Assembly (NCBI GenBank): GCA_963678065.2
Contig: CAXXVZ010000003.1
Coordinates: 2,208,001-2,272,000 of the forward strand
Source of the DNA: Treponemataceae bacterium
GTDB lineage: Bacteria; Spirochaetota; Spirochaetia; Treponematales; Rectinemataceae
Length of the DNA stretch: 64,000 nucleotides
Direction: 5' to 3'
The notes beneath the pieces were generated by a model. That model was not told the DNA's origin. It ran no database searches and saw nothing but the letters and a program-made list of their open reading frames with translations. Made by a program: the position numbers and the translations under genes. Shown one piece after another: positions 1 through 9,259 of the stretch (position 1 is the first letter of the stretch; every line of letters starts with the position of its first letter).

Positions 1-405
1 CTCCAGCTCCCGAATGGAGATCTCGCCCTTGAAAAGATCGCAGCCATCGGGAAAGGATACGAGATTCTGGCCTCCCGCGCTGCTCCGGTGGAAGGCAAGC
101 CCGCCACCGGATATGTGAAACAGCTCTACGGACAGATCGCCGACTTCCTCAGAAAATACCTCGACGACATGAAAAACGTCGAACAGATGATACGGAAACA
201 GTGGGCGCCCAAACTGCGCGAAAAAGAGCGACAGATGGCCGCCCGCATGGGTCCGGATTACAGAATGGATCCCATGGCCGATCCCGAGTTCGCCGCTTTC
301 TACAAACAGAACGTGGAGTCGGTCAGACAGCAGTACATCTCCGCCCTCGAAAAGGCGAAGGGTGACCTCGCCGGACTCTGCGGATTCGCTCCCGCGGGGG
401 ACTGA
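1..405 (+). CDS. C-terminal part of a conserved spirochaete hypothetical protein (DUF6657-like); 5' end lies outside the window
   Basis: Frame is open from base 1 (LQLPNGDLALEKIAA...). The helical C-terminus with 'KLREKERQMAARMG...DPMADPEF' resembles spirochaete DUF6657 proteins. Confidence 0.6.
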   Translation, partial: LQLPNGDLALEKIAAIGKGYEILASRAAPVEGKPATGYVKQLYGQIADFLRKYLDDMKNVEQMIRKQWAPKLREKERQMAARMGPDYRMDPMADPEFAAFYKQNVESVRQQYISALEKAKGDLAGLCGFAPAGD

Positions 406-410
406 AGAGC

Positions 411-2261
411 TCAGGCTTGGCTGGCGCGGACCAGCCTGACCATGAGGAGAGCCGAGTCAGACCGTCTGACCCCGGGGATGCGCGCAGCCTGACCCAGGGT
501 CGCCGGCCGAACGGCCTGAAGCTTCTCGACAGATTCGCTCGACAGACCCTCAACCGAAGAAAAGTCGAAGTCATCGGGAATCCTCATCCTGTCGGCCTTC
601 TCGAACCGTGCCGCAAGCCTCTCTTCTTTCGCCTCATAGCCCGCATACCGCGCGTCCAGCTCTGCCGTTTCGATCCATTCCGGCGGGAACTCTCCTGCCG
701 CGTCGGGGAAAAAGCGGGAAAAACCTCCCGCGACCGCGCCGTCCCTGAGCGCATCCGACACGAACTCGCCGACATGGGGAAGAAGAGCGGAATCCGCTTC
801 GGCTTCCTGTCTGGATATGCGTCTTGATGAGAGCAGGGCCGATATCCTGTCGATTCCGGCCGACTTTTCCAGCCAAACGAGCCAGCGTTCCTCGCCGACA
901 AGTCCTCTCTTTCTGCCCAGGGGCGTGAGCCTGCGGTCTGCGGTATCGTGTCTCAGCGAGAGCCTGCGCTCAGCCCTGCTCGTGAACATGCGGTAGGGCT
1001 CGGTCGGCCCTAGCGTGACGATATCGTCGACGAGGACGCCGATATAGGATTCTTCGCGGCCGAGTATGAGGGGAGGATCTGCGCGCAGGTATGCCGAGGC
1101 GTTGATACCGGCGACAAGGCCCTGGGCTGCGGCTTCCTCGTAGCCCGAGGTCCCGTTCGTCTGCCCGGCCACGAAGAGCCCCGCCATCAGTTTGGACTCG
1201 AGGCTCGCCTTGAGCGAAGATGGCGCGAGGTAATCGTACTCCACGGCGTAGCCCGGCCGCACGACCTCGGCGTGGGCGAAGCCGGGAAGAGTCCGGATGA
1301 ACTCGATCTGGATAGCCTCGGGAAGGGAGCTGGAAAGACCGTTCAGGTACATCTCGTCGGTATTGAGCCCCTCGGGTTCGACGAAAATCTGGTGTCCCCC
1401 GCGCGCGGGAAAACGGACGACTTTGTCCTCGATGGACGGACAGTAACGAGGCCCTTTGCCGACGATTGCCCCTCCGAAAAGTGGAGACTGATCCAGCCCC
1501 GAGCGGATGATCTCGTGCGTCCTCTCGTTGGTCCAGGTGATCCAACAGGGAACGTGCGGCCTGTCCACAGATGAATTGAGGAAGGAGAATGGGTGGACTT
1601 CCTCGTCGCCCTCCTGTCTTTCCATCTCGTCAAAGTCGAGGGAACGGGCCCTGACCCGCGCGGGAGTGCCTGTCTTCATGCGTCCGACCGGGAAGCCGCG
1701 CGCGCGGAGCGCCTTTCCGAGCCCGAGAGCGGCGGGCTCGCCGAGTCTCCCGCCGGAGGCCCTCCAGGCGCCGATAAAGAGCTTGCCCTCCATGAATGTC
1801 CCTGTTGTCAGAACGACGACAGAGGCGCTGATCCTGTAGCCCCGATCCGTGAGGACAGCCTCGACGCGCATACCCGAAGTGTCAGGGATCAGATCGACGA
1901 CGGTGTCCATGAGAATCGAGAGCCCCGCGCAGGATTCGAGACGCTTGCGGGCGATGGCGGAGTAGCACGCCTTGTCCGCCTGCGCGCGGGGCGCCTGGAC
2001 GGCCGGGCCGCGGGAACGGTTGAGGATGCGGAACTGGATGAGCGATTCGTCGGTGATGAGCCCCATCTCGCCGCCGAGGGCATCGATCTCGCGGACGAGG
2101 TTCCCTTTAGCGAGGCCGCCGATGGCGGGATTGCAGGAGAGCCGACCGATCGCGTCGGGATTCTGGGTCACAAGGAGTGTCTTGTGACCGAGTCGGGCGA
2201 GAGCCAGCGATGCCTCGATTCCGGCGTGGCCGCCGCCTATTACCAGTGCTTCAAAATCCAT
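411..2261 (-). CDS. mnmG: tRNA uridine-5-carboxymethylaminomethyl(34) synthesis enzyme MnmG
   Basis: GGGHAGIEA FAD motif, SCNPAIGG, GPRYCPSIEDK, AGQTNGTSGYEEAAAQG, YRMFTSRAE. Confidence 0.98.
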   Translation of the reverse strand: MDFEALVIGGGHAGIEASLALARLGHKTLLVTQNPDAIGRLSCNPAIGGLAKGNLVREIDALGGEMGLITDESLIQFRILNRSRGPAVQAPRAQADKACYSAIARKRLESCAGLSILMDTVVDLIPDTSGMRVEAVLTDRGYRISASVVVLTTGTFMEGKLFIGAWRASGGRLGEPAALGLGKALRARGFPVGRMKTGTPARVRARSLDFDEMERQEGDEEVHPFSFLNSSVDRPHVPCWITWTNERTHEIIRSGLDQSPLFGGAIVGKGPRYCPSIEDKVVRFPARGGHQIFVEPEGLNTDEMYLNGLSSSLPEAIQIEFIRTLPGFAHAEVVRPGYAVEYDYLAPSSLKASLESKLMAGLFVAGQTNGTSGYEEAAAQGLVAGINASAYLRADPPLILGREESYIGVLVDDIVTLGPTEPYRMFTSRAERRLSLRHDTADRRLTPLGRKRGLVGEERWLVWLEKSAGIDRISALLSSRRISRQEAEADSALLPHVGEFVSDALRDGAVAGGFSRFFPDAAGEFPPEWIETAELDARYAGYEAKEERLAARFEKADRMRIPDDFDFSSVEGLSSESVEKLQAVRPATLGQAARIPGVRRSDSALLMVRLVRASQA

Positions 2262-2275
2262 CGTCGTGGGCGCTC

Positions 2276-3640
2276 CTACTTGCCGAGGCAGAATCGGGAG
2301 AATACGGACTCGAGAATTTCTCCGGAAAGGATTTCGCCCGTCATCTCGCCCAGGTGAAAAGCCGCTTCCTTGAGGTCGAGGGCGAGGATGTCGAGGTTCG
2401 CGCCCGAAGTTGCATCCCCGAAGGCCGCGCGGAGGGCTTGTGCCGTCCGGTCGAGGAGGATTTTCTGACGCTCCCCCGCGACGACGATCCCCGATTCGGC
2501 GGAAGCAGGATGAGCGCCGCGCAGGCTGGCCGCGAGGGCGTCGACGAGGGCGGAAAAACCATCCCTGGAAACCGCGCTCATCGCGATGAAACCCGCGGGA
2601 GCAGGGAGGCGCTCCGGACGGTCGGCCTTGCTCCAGACGCGGATCGCGCCGGGGTGGGCGCGCAGGAAAGTCTCGTCTTCAGGCGCAATCCCCCGAAGGC
2701 CGTCCACGAGGTACAGGAGGGCATCGGCTCTCTCGGCCAGTCCGAGCGCGCGTTCGATGCCCGCGGATTCCACGCCCGAAGCGTCTTCCCGTATGCCCGC
2801 CGTGTCAGTGAGCCTGAGGGGCAGACCGTCCAACTCGATCCAGGATTCGATCCAGTCCCTTGTCGTGCCGGGCTCGGCGCTGACGATGGAGCGCTCTTCG
2901 CGCAGAAGCAGGTTGAACAGGCTGGATTTTCCGGCGTTCGGCTTTCCGGCGATGACTACGCGGGCGCCCTCGCGGTGAAGGCGGCCGATGGCGTAGGTCG
3001 AAGTCAGCTTTTCCACCTCGGCCAGAAGATCCCTGATGGACGAGGGATCGGGCCCGGAGTCCTCCGGTCCTTCGTCTTCGGGATAGTCGAGGCGGGACTC
3101 GACTTCCGCGAGAATGTCGACGAGGGATGTCCGGATGGCTCCAATCCGGAGGGAAAGCCCCCCCTCCAGTCTCGCGAGGGCTTCAGCCCTGGCGCTTTCT
3201 CCGCGGGCGCGCACGAGCTCTTCCACAGCTTCAGCGCGGAGGAGATCGGTCTTGCCGTTCAGAAGCGCGCGGAGGGAGAACTCCCCCGGCAGGGCGGGAG
3301 CGAATCCGGCTTTTTCGAGCGCCGAGAGCCCTTTGCGGACGACCTCGGGCGAACCGTGGCAGGAAAACTCCACGCTGTCCTCGCCCGTATGGCTGTGCGG
3401 GGCGCGAAAGACGGAAGCGAGGACTTCGTCTATGGCCTCTCCATTATCTGGGTCGAGAAGAAATCCGAGGACCATGCTGTAGCCCGGGGCGCTCTTGAGC
3501 TTTTTGGGCTTTGAGAAACAGCGCGAGGCAAGGTCGATGACGCCGGGGCCGGCGGTTTTCAGGACCGCGAGGGCTCCGGCGCCCGGCGGAGTGGCCAGAG
3601 CGGCGATCGGACAGGGTGGATCCAGATAGGTTCGCGTCAT
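2276..3640 (-). CDS. mnmE: tRNA modification GTPase MnmE
   Basis: IAALATPPG, TGEDSVEFSCHGS, GKPNAGKSS P-loop, GTTRD, DTAG, C-terminal FSRFCLGK; directly upstream of mnmG. Confidence 0.98.
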   Translation of the reverse strand: MTRTYLDPPCPIAALATPPGAGALAVLKTAGPGVIDLASRCFSKPKKLKSAPGYSMVLGFLLDPDNGEAIDEVLASVFRAPHSHTGEDSVEFSCHGSPEVVRKGLSALEKAGFAPALPGEFSLRALLNGKTDLLRAEAVEELVRARGESARAEALARLEGGLSLRIGAIRTSLVDILAEVESRLDYPEDEGPEDSGPDPSSIRDLLAEVEKLTSTYAIGRLHREGARVVIAGKPNAGKSSLFNLLLREERSIVSAEPGTTRDWIESWIELDGLPLRLTDTAGIREDASGVESAGIERALGLAERADALLYLVDGLRGIAPEDETFLRAHPGAIRVWSKADRPERLPAPAGFIAMSAVSRDGFSALVDALAASLRGAHPASAESGIVVAGERQKILLDRTAQALRAAFGDATSGANLDILALDLKEAAFHLGEMTGEILSGEILESVFSRFCLGK

Positions 3641-3794
3641 CGTTGTGCGATGACGATACCGCGACAGGCCGGAATCATCAAGGGAGGAGGATAGGAAGGA
3701 TAGGTGCGTCGTAGGGCGAGGACGACGTCAGCCTACTCCGCTTTCTCCTTCAGCCCCGGGACGTCCATGCTTAGAATTTGTGCGGTGCTGTGCG

Positions 3795-4997
3795 TCAACA
3801 GCCTTGCGAAGGGGAGCTGCGGGATTGGGAAAGAGCCCGGTCGATCCTGGCGAGAGCCGCACGGAGAATGGAGGAGGGACAGGCCAGGTTCATACGCATG
3901 AAGCCCTGTCCTCCCGTTCCGAATTTTGCGCCCTCGTCCAGCCAGACTCCGGCCGTTTTCGAGAAAAACGCCTTCAGTTCAGGATCGGTGAGCCCGAGGG
4001 CGCGGCAGCCGATCCAGGCCAGATAGCTACCCTCGAGCGGCGCGAGCGTGAATGCGTCAGCGCGCGAGGTGACGAATTCGGCGAGTATGGCATAGTTGTT
4101 CGCGATGTAGGCGTTCAAAGCTTCCAGCCAGCTCTCGCCATGTGTGTAGGCGGCCTCCATGGCGACCATGCCGAAGATGTTGGCGAGACCAAGCCCGAGG
4201 GCGGCGCTCTGTTTCGTGAAAGCTGTCCTGAGATTCTCGTCGGGAATGATGATGTTGCCGGTCGGAATCCCCGCGACGTTGAAGGTCTTGTTGGGGGCGG
4301 TGCAGGTCACGGTGATTCCGGCAAAGGAAGGATCGATGGTCGCGAGGCAGGTATGTGACGAGCCGGGCATGATGATGTCCGAATGGATTTCGTCGGAAAC
4401 GATCACCACGCTGTGGCGGAGACAGATATCCGCGAGCCGGCGCAGTTCTTCCTGCTCCCAGACCCTGCCGACAGGGTTGTGGGGGCTCGAGAGGATGAGC
4501 ATTTTCGCCCCCTGCGCCGCCTTGGCCTCGAGGTCCTCGTAGTCCATGACGTAGCGACCCCGCTCGAACTTCAGGGGATTCTCGAGAAGTCTGCGGCCGT
4601 TGTTCACTGCCGCGTTGAAGAAGGGGTAATAGACTGGCGGCTGGACGAGCACCGCGTCGCCCGGCTTCGTGTAGGCCAGAACCGCTATGTTGAGGGCGGG
4701 AACGATGCCGGGAGCGAAACAGATCCACTCTTTTTTGATGTCCCAGCCATTCCGGCGCCGCATCCAGGAAATGAGGGCGTTGTGGTAGCCTTCTGTACGC
4801 ATGGAATAGCCGTATATCGGGTGACGCGCCCGCTCGGCGATGGCGCTGACCACCTCGGGCGGACAGGCGAAATCCATGTCGGCGACCCACATCGGAATAG
4901 CCTCGGCATTGCCGCAGAGTTCCTCTCTAGAACACCATTTCAACGATCCTGTCTGACTCCTATCGATCACCTGGTCAAAATCATAGGTCATGTCCAT
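3795..4997 (-). CDS. MalY/PatB family PLP-dependent C-S lyase (cystathionine beta-lyase-like)
   Basis: YDFDQVIDR...SLKW, IPMWVADMDF, SPHNPVGRVW, SDEIHSD, APNKTFN (PLP lysine), FMRMNLAC. Start taken at ATG 4997 (4991 also possible) after AGGGGG. Confidence 0.93.
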   Translation of the reverse strand: MDMTYDFDQVIDRSQTGSLKWCSREELCGNAEAIPMWVADMDFACPPEVVSAIAERARHPIYGYSMRTEGYHNALISWMRRRNGWDIKKEWICFAPGIVPALNIAVLAYTKPGDAVLVQPPVYYPFFNAAVNNGRRLLENPLKFERGRYVMDYEDLEAKAAQGAKMLILSSPHNPVGRVWEQEELRRLADICLRHSVVIVSDEIHSDIIMPGSSHTCLATIDPSFAGITVTCTAPNKTFNVAGIPTGNIIIPDENLRTAFTKQSAALGLGLANIFGMVAMEAAYTHGESWLEALNAYIANNYAILAEFVTSRADAFTLAPLEGSYLAWIGCRALGLTDPELKAFFSKTAGVWLDEGAKFGTGGQGFMRMNLACPSSILRAALARIDRALSQSRSSPSQGC

Positions 4998-5165
4998 CCC
5001 CCTGGGCTCACAGAGTATCGATTTTCCGGAAAAACATGAATAGCTTTTCATGTACCGGATCAGGCCTGTGCCAGCGCGGCCAGTCCGATGCCGCCCGCAC
5101 TGCGTCGGCCGGCGCGAGCCCGACTCCCCGGTTGCATCGCGTGGCTGCAATCGCGCAATTGTCCA

Positions 5166-5200
5166 TTGACAAAACTGATATATCAATTCAATATCAGAGT
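5166..5200 (+). promoter_or_regulatory. Sigma70-type promoter of the gntR-activase-hypD operon with an overlapping palindromic operator TGATATATCA
   Basis: TTGACA 5166-5171, 17-bp spacer, CAATAT 5189-5194. Perfect palindrome TGATATATCA at 5176-5185 in the spacer and a half-site ATATCA at 5191-5196. Confidence 0.7.
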
Positions 5201-5950
5201 ATGGAATCAGAAACCATCACAGACAACCCGAACGAAAACTCGCTGCGCCGCACCGTGTATCTGTATCTGAAGAGATGCCTCAACCAAGGCAGCATCAGAC
5301 CTGGTTCCTTTCTCGACCTGACAGCGATAGGAAGGGATCTCGGTATGTCGAGAACCCCCCTCAGGGACGCCCTCCTCAGGCTCGAGGCCGAAGGATTCGT
5401 CACCATCCATTCGCGGCGAGGAGTCATGGTCAAGGCGCTCGACCTCGAGACGATCCGCAACCTCTACCAGATCCTCGGAGCCCTCGAAGGGGCTGTCATC
5501 GAGGAGATTGGTCCACGCTTCGGCGCGCGGGAACTCGCGCGGATGAAGGCCGCCAATTCGGATATGGCCGAAGATCTCGCGCGCGATGACTTCGACTCCT
5601 ATTATGCCCACAATCTCGAATTTCACAACAGCTATCTCGACCTGGGATCGAATTCCGACATTATCCGCATAATCAGGATACAGAAGGAAAGGTTGTACGA
5701 TTTCCCGCGCAGGCAGGACTATGTCAGGGATTGGGAACTCGCCTCCGTCGGCGAGCATGCACGCCTCGTCGAGCTGCTGGCAGGCGGGGACTTCCGCGGC
5801 GCCGCGGCTTTCATGCGGGATGTCCACTGGTCCTTCGCCGTTCAGGAACCTTTCGTGCGCAGGTATTACCTGGAAAGGCCTGCCGGCCTGGCCTCGCGCC
5901 CGAAGGAGGCTCCACATAAGGGTGAAAGGTCGGAGAGGCCCCGTACATGA
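5201..5950 (+). CDS. GntR family transcriptional regulator (FCD domain)
   Basis: wHTH 'LGMSRTPLRDALLRLEAEGFV', FCD motifs 'NLEFH' and 'EHARL'; stop overlaps the next start (ATGA). Confidence 0.93.
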   Translation: MESETITDNPNENSLRRTVYLYLKRCLNQGSIRPGSFLDLTAIGRDLGMSRTPLRDALLRLEAEGFVTIHSRRGVMVKALDLETIRNLYQILGALEGAVIEEIGPRFGARELARMKAANSDMAEDLARDDFDSYYAHNLEFHNSYLDLGSNSDIIRIIRIQKERLYDFPRRQDYVRDWELASVGEHARLVELLAGGDFRGAAAFMRDVHWSFAVQEPFVRRYYLERPAGLASRPKEAPHKGERSERPRT

Positions 5951-6780
5951 CCGACGGACTCGTGTTCGACATACGGAAATTCTCCGTCCACGACGGCCCC
6001 GGCATCAGGACGACTGTGTTTCTGAAAGGCTGCCCGCTATCCTGCCGCTGGTGCCACAACCCGGAAAGTCGTTCCTTCGGGATCGAAGAATCTTTCAGGC
6101 CCGAACGCTGTCTCGACTGCGGCGCGTGCCGGAAGGGCGACAAACAATTCTCCTGTCCCGCCGACGCGCGGCAGGAGGTCGGCAGAAGGATGAGCGCGGA
6201 CGAGGTGATCTCGGAGCTCGTCAGGGACAGTGATTTCTACGAGGAGTCGGGGGGTGGCGCGACTTTTTCGGGAGGCGAACCCCTCGCACAGCCGGATTTT
6301 CTCGTCGAGTGCCTCGCCCTGTGCAAGGATGCCGGCCTCCGGACGGCTGTGGATACATCGGGCTGGGCAGCCCGCGAGATAGTCAGGAAGGTGTCATCGC
6401 TGACCGATCTCTTCCTTTACGACCTCAAGCTCGTCGACCCGACACGGCACGAGCGATGGACCGGGGTGAGTTCCGGACCGATACTGGACAATCTCGCATG
6501 GCTCGCATCATCGGGCGCGAAGATCTGGATACGCATACCCGTGATTCCGGGCGTGAACGCGGATATGGAAGACATGGAGGCCGCGGCGGATTTCCTCGTA
6601 TCCATCGGGGCCGGGTATCCCGTCTATCTCTTGCCCTACCACGATGCAGCTCGGGGCAAGTATTCGCTGCGCGGGGAAAAATGGGAAGGCGACTCGTTCA
6701 GGGTCCCTTCGGACGGGGAACTCGACCGTGCAGAGAGCATCTTTGCGGACCGCGGCATGACGGTCCACCGTGGAGGTTGA
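5947..6780 (+). CDS. Glycyl-radical enzyme activating protein (radical SAM), cognate activase of HypD
   Basis: HDGPGIRTTVFLKGCPLSCRWCHNPES signature (CxxxCxxC), a short ferredoxin-like insert CLDCGAC...CP, SGGEP. Confidence 0.96.
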   Translation: MTDGLVFDIRKFSVHDGPGIRTTVFLKGCPLSCRWCHNPESRSFGIEESFRPERCLDCGACRKGDKQFSCPADARQEVGRRMSADEVISELVRDSDFYEESGGGATFSGGEPLAQPDFLVECLALCKDAGLRTAVDTSGWAAREIVRKVSSLTDLFLYDLKLVDPTRHERWTGVSSGPILDNLAWLASSGAKIWIRIPVIPGVNADMEDMEAAADFLVSIGAGYPVYLLPYHDAARGKYSLRGEKWEGDSFRVPSDGELDRAESIFADRGMTVHRGG

Positions 6781-6782
6781 CT

Positions 6783-9131
6783 ATGAATGAAAGGATCCGG
6801 AGACTCCGGAAGGAGAGCTTCGAGACAAAACCCTGGATTTCCGCGGAGCGCGCGCGCATACTCACGCGATGCTACAAGGAGAACGAAGGTAAAGTATCCA
6901 TTCCCGTCCTCAGGGCACTCTCCTTTGCGGCGCTCTGCGAGAGCAAGACGATCTACATCGGTTCCGACGATCTCATCGTCGGCGAGCGCGGCCCCTCGCC
7001 CAAGGGCACGCCGACCTACCCCGAGCTGACCTGCCACAGCCTCGAGGACCTCGAGATCCTCCGCACTCGTCCGATGACCTCCTACGATGTGCCCGAGGAG
7101 ACGATGGAAGCCTACCGCGACGAGATCATCCCGTACTGGCGGGGCAGATCGATCCGGGATATCGCCTTCGCCGAGTTGCCAAAAGAATGGACCGCCATGT
7201 ACGCGGCGGGAATGTTCACAGAATTCATGGAACAGCGCGCCGCAGGACACACCTCCATGGACGGAACTCTGTACCGGAAGGGTCTCGTCGAGCTGCGCGC
7301 GGAAATCGCCGTCGCGCTCGCGAATCTCGATCCGGCGAAACCGGAATCGCCGGCGGCGACCGAGGAACTCAGGGCGATGGATATCGCCTGCGCGGCCGCA
7401 ATCCGCTTCGCCGAGCGCCACGCGGAGAAGGCGTCGGCCATGGCTGCCGCCGAGCCTGATCCCCGGCGGGCACAGGAGCTTCGCCTCATAGCCGAGACCT
7501 GCTCGCGCGTGCCGGCCCAGGCCCCACGAACCTTCCACGAAGCCCTGCAGGCCTACTGGTTCGTCCATCTCGGAACGATAACCGAGCTCAACGGCTGGGA
7601 CGCGATGAACCCAGGCCATCTCGACCAGCACCTCGCGCCCTTCTACGAGCGGGACTGCGCCGCGGGCACCCTCGACAGAGAGAAGGCGAAGGAACTCCTC
7701 TCCTGCTTCTGGATCAAGGTGAACAACACTCCGGCCCCGCCCAAAGTCGGCGTGACCGCCGCAGAGAGCGGGACCTACAATGACTTCACGAATATCAACC
7801 TGGGCGGCCTCACGGCGGAGGGCAGGGATGGCTCGAGCGAGGTCTCCCTCATTATCCTCGAGGTGCTCGACGAGCTTCGGCTCCTCCAGCCCCAGGCCAA
7901 CGTCCAGGTTTCGGCGCGAACCCCCGACAGGATTCTGAAGGCGGCCTGCCGCGTCATCCGGAACGGATCGGGTTACCCTTCCCTCTTCAACGCCGACGAG
8001 ATCATCCTCGCCCAAGCCGCGATGGGGAAGACCCTCGCCGACGCGCGCGAGGGTGGCACGAGCGGGTGTATCGAGACGGGCTGTTTCGGCAAGGAGGCCT
8101 ACATCCTCCACGGCTACCTCAACGTTCCGAAGATCCTCGAACTCACCCTGAACGGTGGCCTCGATCCCCTGTCCGGCAAACGGGTCGGCATCCCGACTCA
8201 GGCCTTCTCCGATTTCGAGGGCTTGTACGCGGCTTTCGAGGCCCAGATCAGGCATGTCGTTGACTGGAAGGTCAGGATCAGCGAGGTCCTGGACGAGCTC
8301 TATGGCACGCACATGCCCGCGCCCTTCCTGTCGGTCTACATGGCGGACTGTCTCAAGAATGGAAAGGACTACTATTCGGGCGGCGCGCGCTACAACACCG
8401 ACTACATACAGTGCGTCGGGCTCGGAACGGTGACGGACAGCCTCGCCGTCATCAAGAAGCACGTCTTTGATGACCGGAAGTTCAGGCTGGAAGAGCTCCG
8501 GAGGGCGCTGGATGCGAACTGGACGGGCCACGAGATCATGAAGGCCGACATAAGCAATCACACGCCATTTTTCGGAAACGACGACGACTACGCCGACAGA
8601 CTCGCGGTGCGGGTCATGGACAGCCTCATCGAGGTCATAGAGGGGCGGAGCTCGTGGCGCGGCGGCGTCTACCATGTCGACATGCTCTCGACGACCTGCC
8701 ATGTCTATTTCGGTCTCAAGACGGGGGCGACGCCGGATGGCAGAAAGGCCTTCAGCCCGGAATCGGATGGCACGAGCCCCTCGCACGGCGCCGACCGGAG
8801 AGGGCCGACGGCCGTCATGAAGAGCCTCGGCAAACTGGATCAGGCGCGCACGGGGGGGACCCTCCTCAACCAGCGATTCCTCCCTGCCGCTCTGGCGGGC
8901 GAAGAGGGCATCGAGAACATGGCGAAGCTCGTGCGTGGCTACTTCAGGATGGGCGGACATCACGTCCAGTTCAACGTCGTGGACGAAGCCACTCTCCGCG
9001 ACGCGCAGAAGAGGCCGGAAAACTACCGGAACCTCCTCGTGCGCGTGGCGGGCTACTCGGACTACTTCGTCGACCTGGACAGCAATCACCAGGAAGAGAT
9101 CATCTCGAGGACGGCACAGGAATCGCTCTGA
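6783..9131 (+). CDS. hypD: trans-4-hydroxy-L-proline dehydratase (glycyl radical enzyme)
   Basis: FTEFMEQRAAGHT, ELNGWDAMNPG, ESGTYNDF, Cys loop GGTSGCIETG, STTCHVYFG, Gly-radical motif VRVAGYS. These motifs distinguish HypD from PFL and CutC. Confidence 0.9.
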   Translation: MNERIRRLRKESFETKPWISAERARILTRCYKENEGKVSIPVLRALSFAALCESKTIYIGSDDLIVGERGPSPKGTPTYPELTCHSLEDLEILRTRPMTSYDVPEETMEAYRDEIIPYWRGRSIRDIAFAELPKEWTAMYAAGMFTEFMEQRAAGHTSMDGTLYRKGLVELRAEIAVALANLDPAKPESPAATEELRAMDIACAAAIRFAERHAEKASAMAAAEPDPRRAQELRLIAETCSRVPAQAPRTFHEALQAYWFVHLGTITELNGWDAMNPGHLDQHLAPFYERDCAAGTLDREKAKELLSCFWIKVNNTPAPPKVGVTAAESGTYNDFTNINLGGLTAEGRDGSSEVSLIILEVLDELRLLQPQANVQVSARTPDRILKAACRVIRNGSGYPSLFNADEIILAQAAMGKTLADAREGGTSGCIETGCFGKEAYILHGYLNVPKILELTLNGGLDPLSGKRVGIPTQAFSDFEGLYAAFEAQIRHVVDWKVRISEVLDELYGTHMPAPFLSVYMADCLKNGKDYYSGGARYNTDYIQCVGLGTVTDSLAVIKKHVFDDRKFRLEELRRALDANWTGHEIMKADISNHTPFFGNDDDYADRLAVRVMDSLIEVIEGRSSWRGGVYHVDMLSTTCHVYFGLKTGATPDGRKAFSPESDGTSPSHGADRRGPTAVMKSLGKLDQARTGGTLLNQRFLPAALAGEEGIENMAKLVRGYFRMGGHHVQFNVVDEATLRDAQKRPENYRNLLVRVAGYSDYFVDLDSNHQEEIISRTAQESL

Positions 9132-9259
9132 ACAGGCTTTCGGGAAGAGGCGGGCGGGGGCAAACCGCACCCGCAATCGGCAGACGAGCTCCGTCGCATC
9201 CGGATACGTTCCGGCCGCGGCGGGGCTTCGTTTTGGGCCTGGCTGCCGACTGTGACTGG

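Noticed and set aside
3690..3800. Minus-strand mini-ORF MDVPGLKEKAE* with a TTGACG element upstream, between malY and mnmE
   Set aside because: It could be a gene relic or leader peptide, but it is too short and has no recognisable homology.
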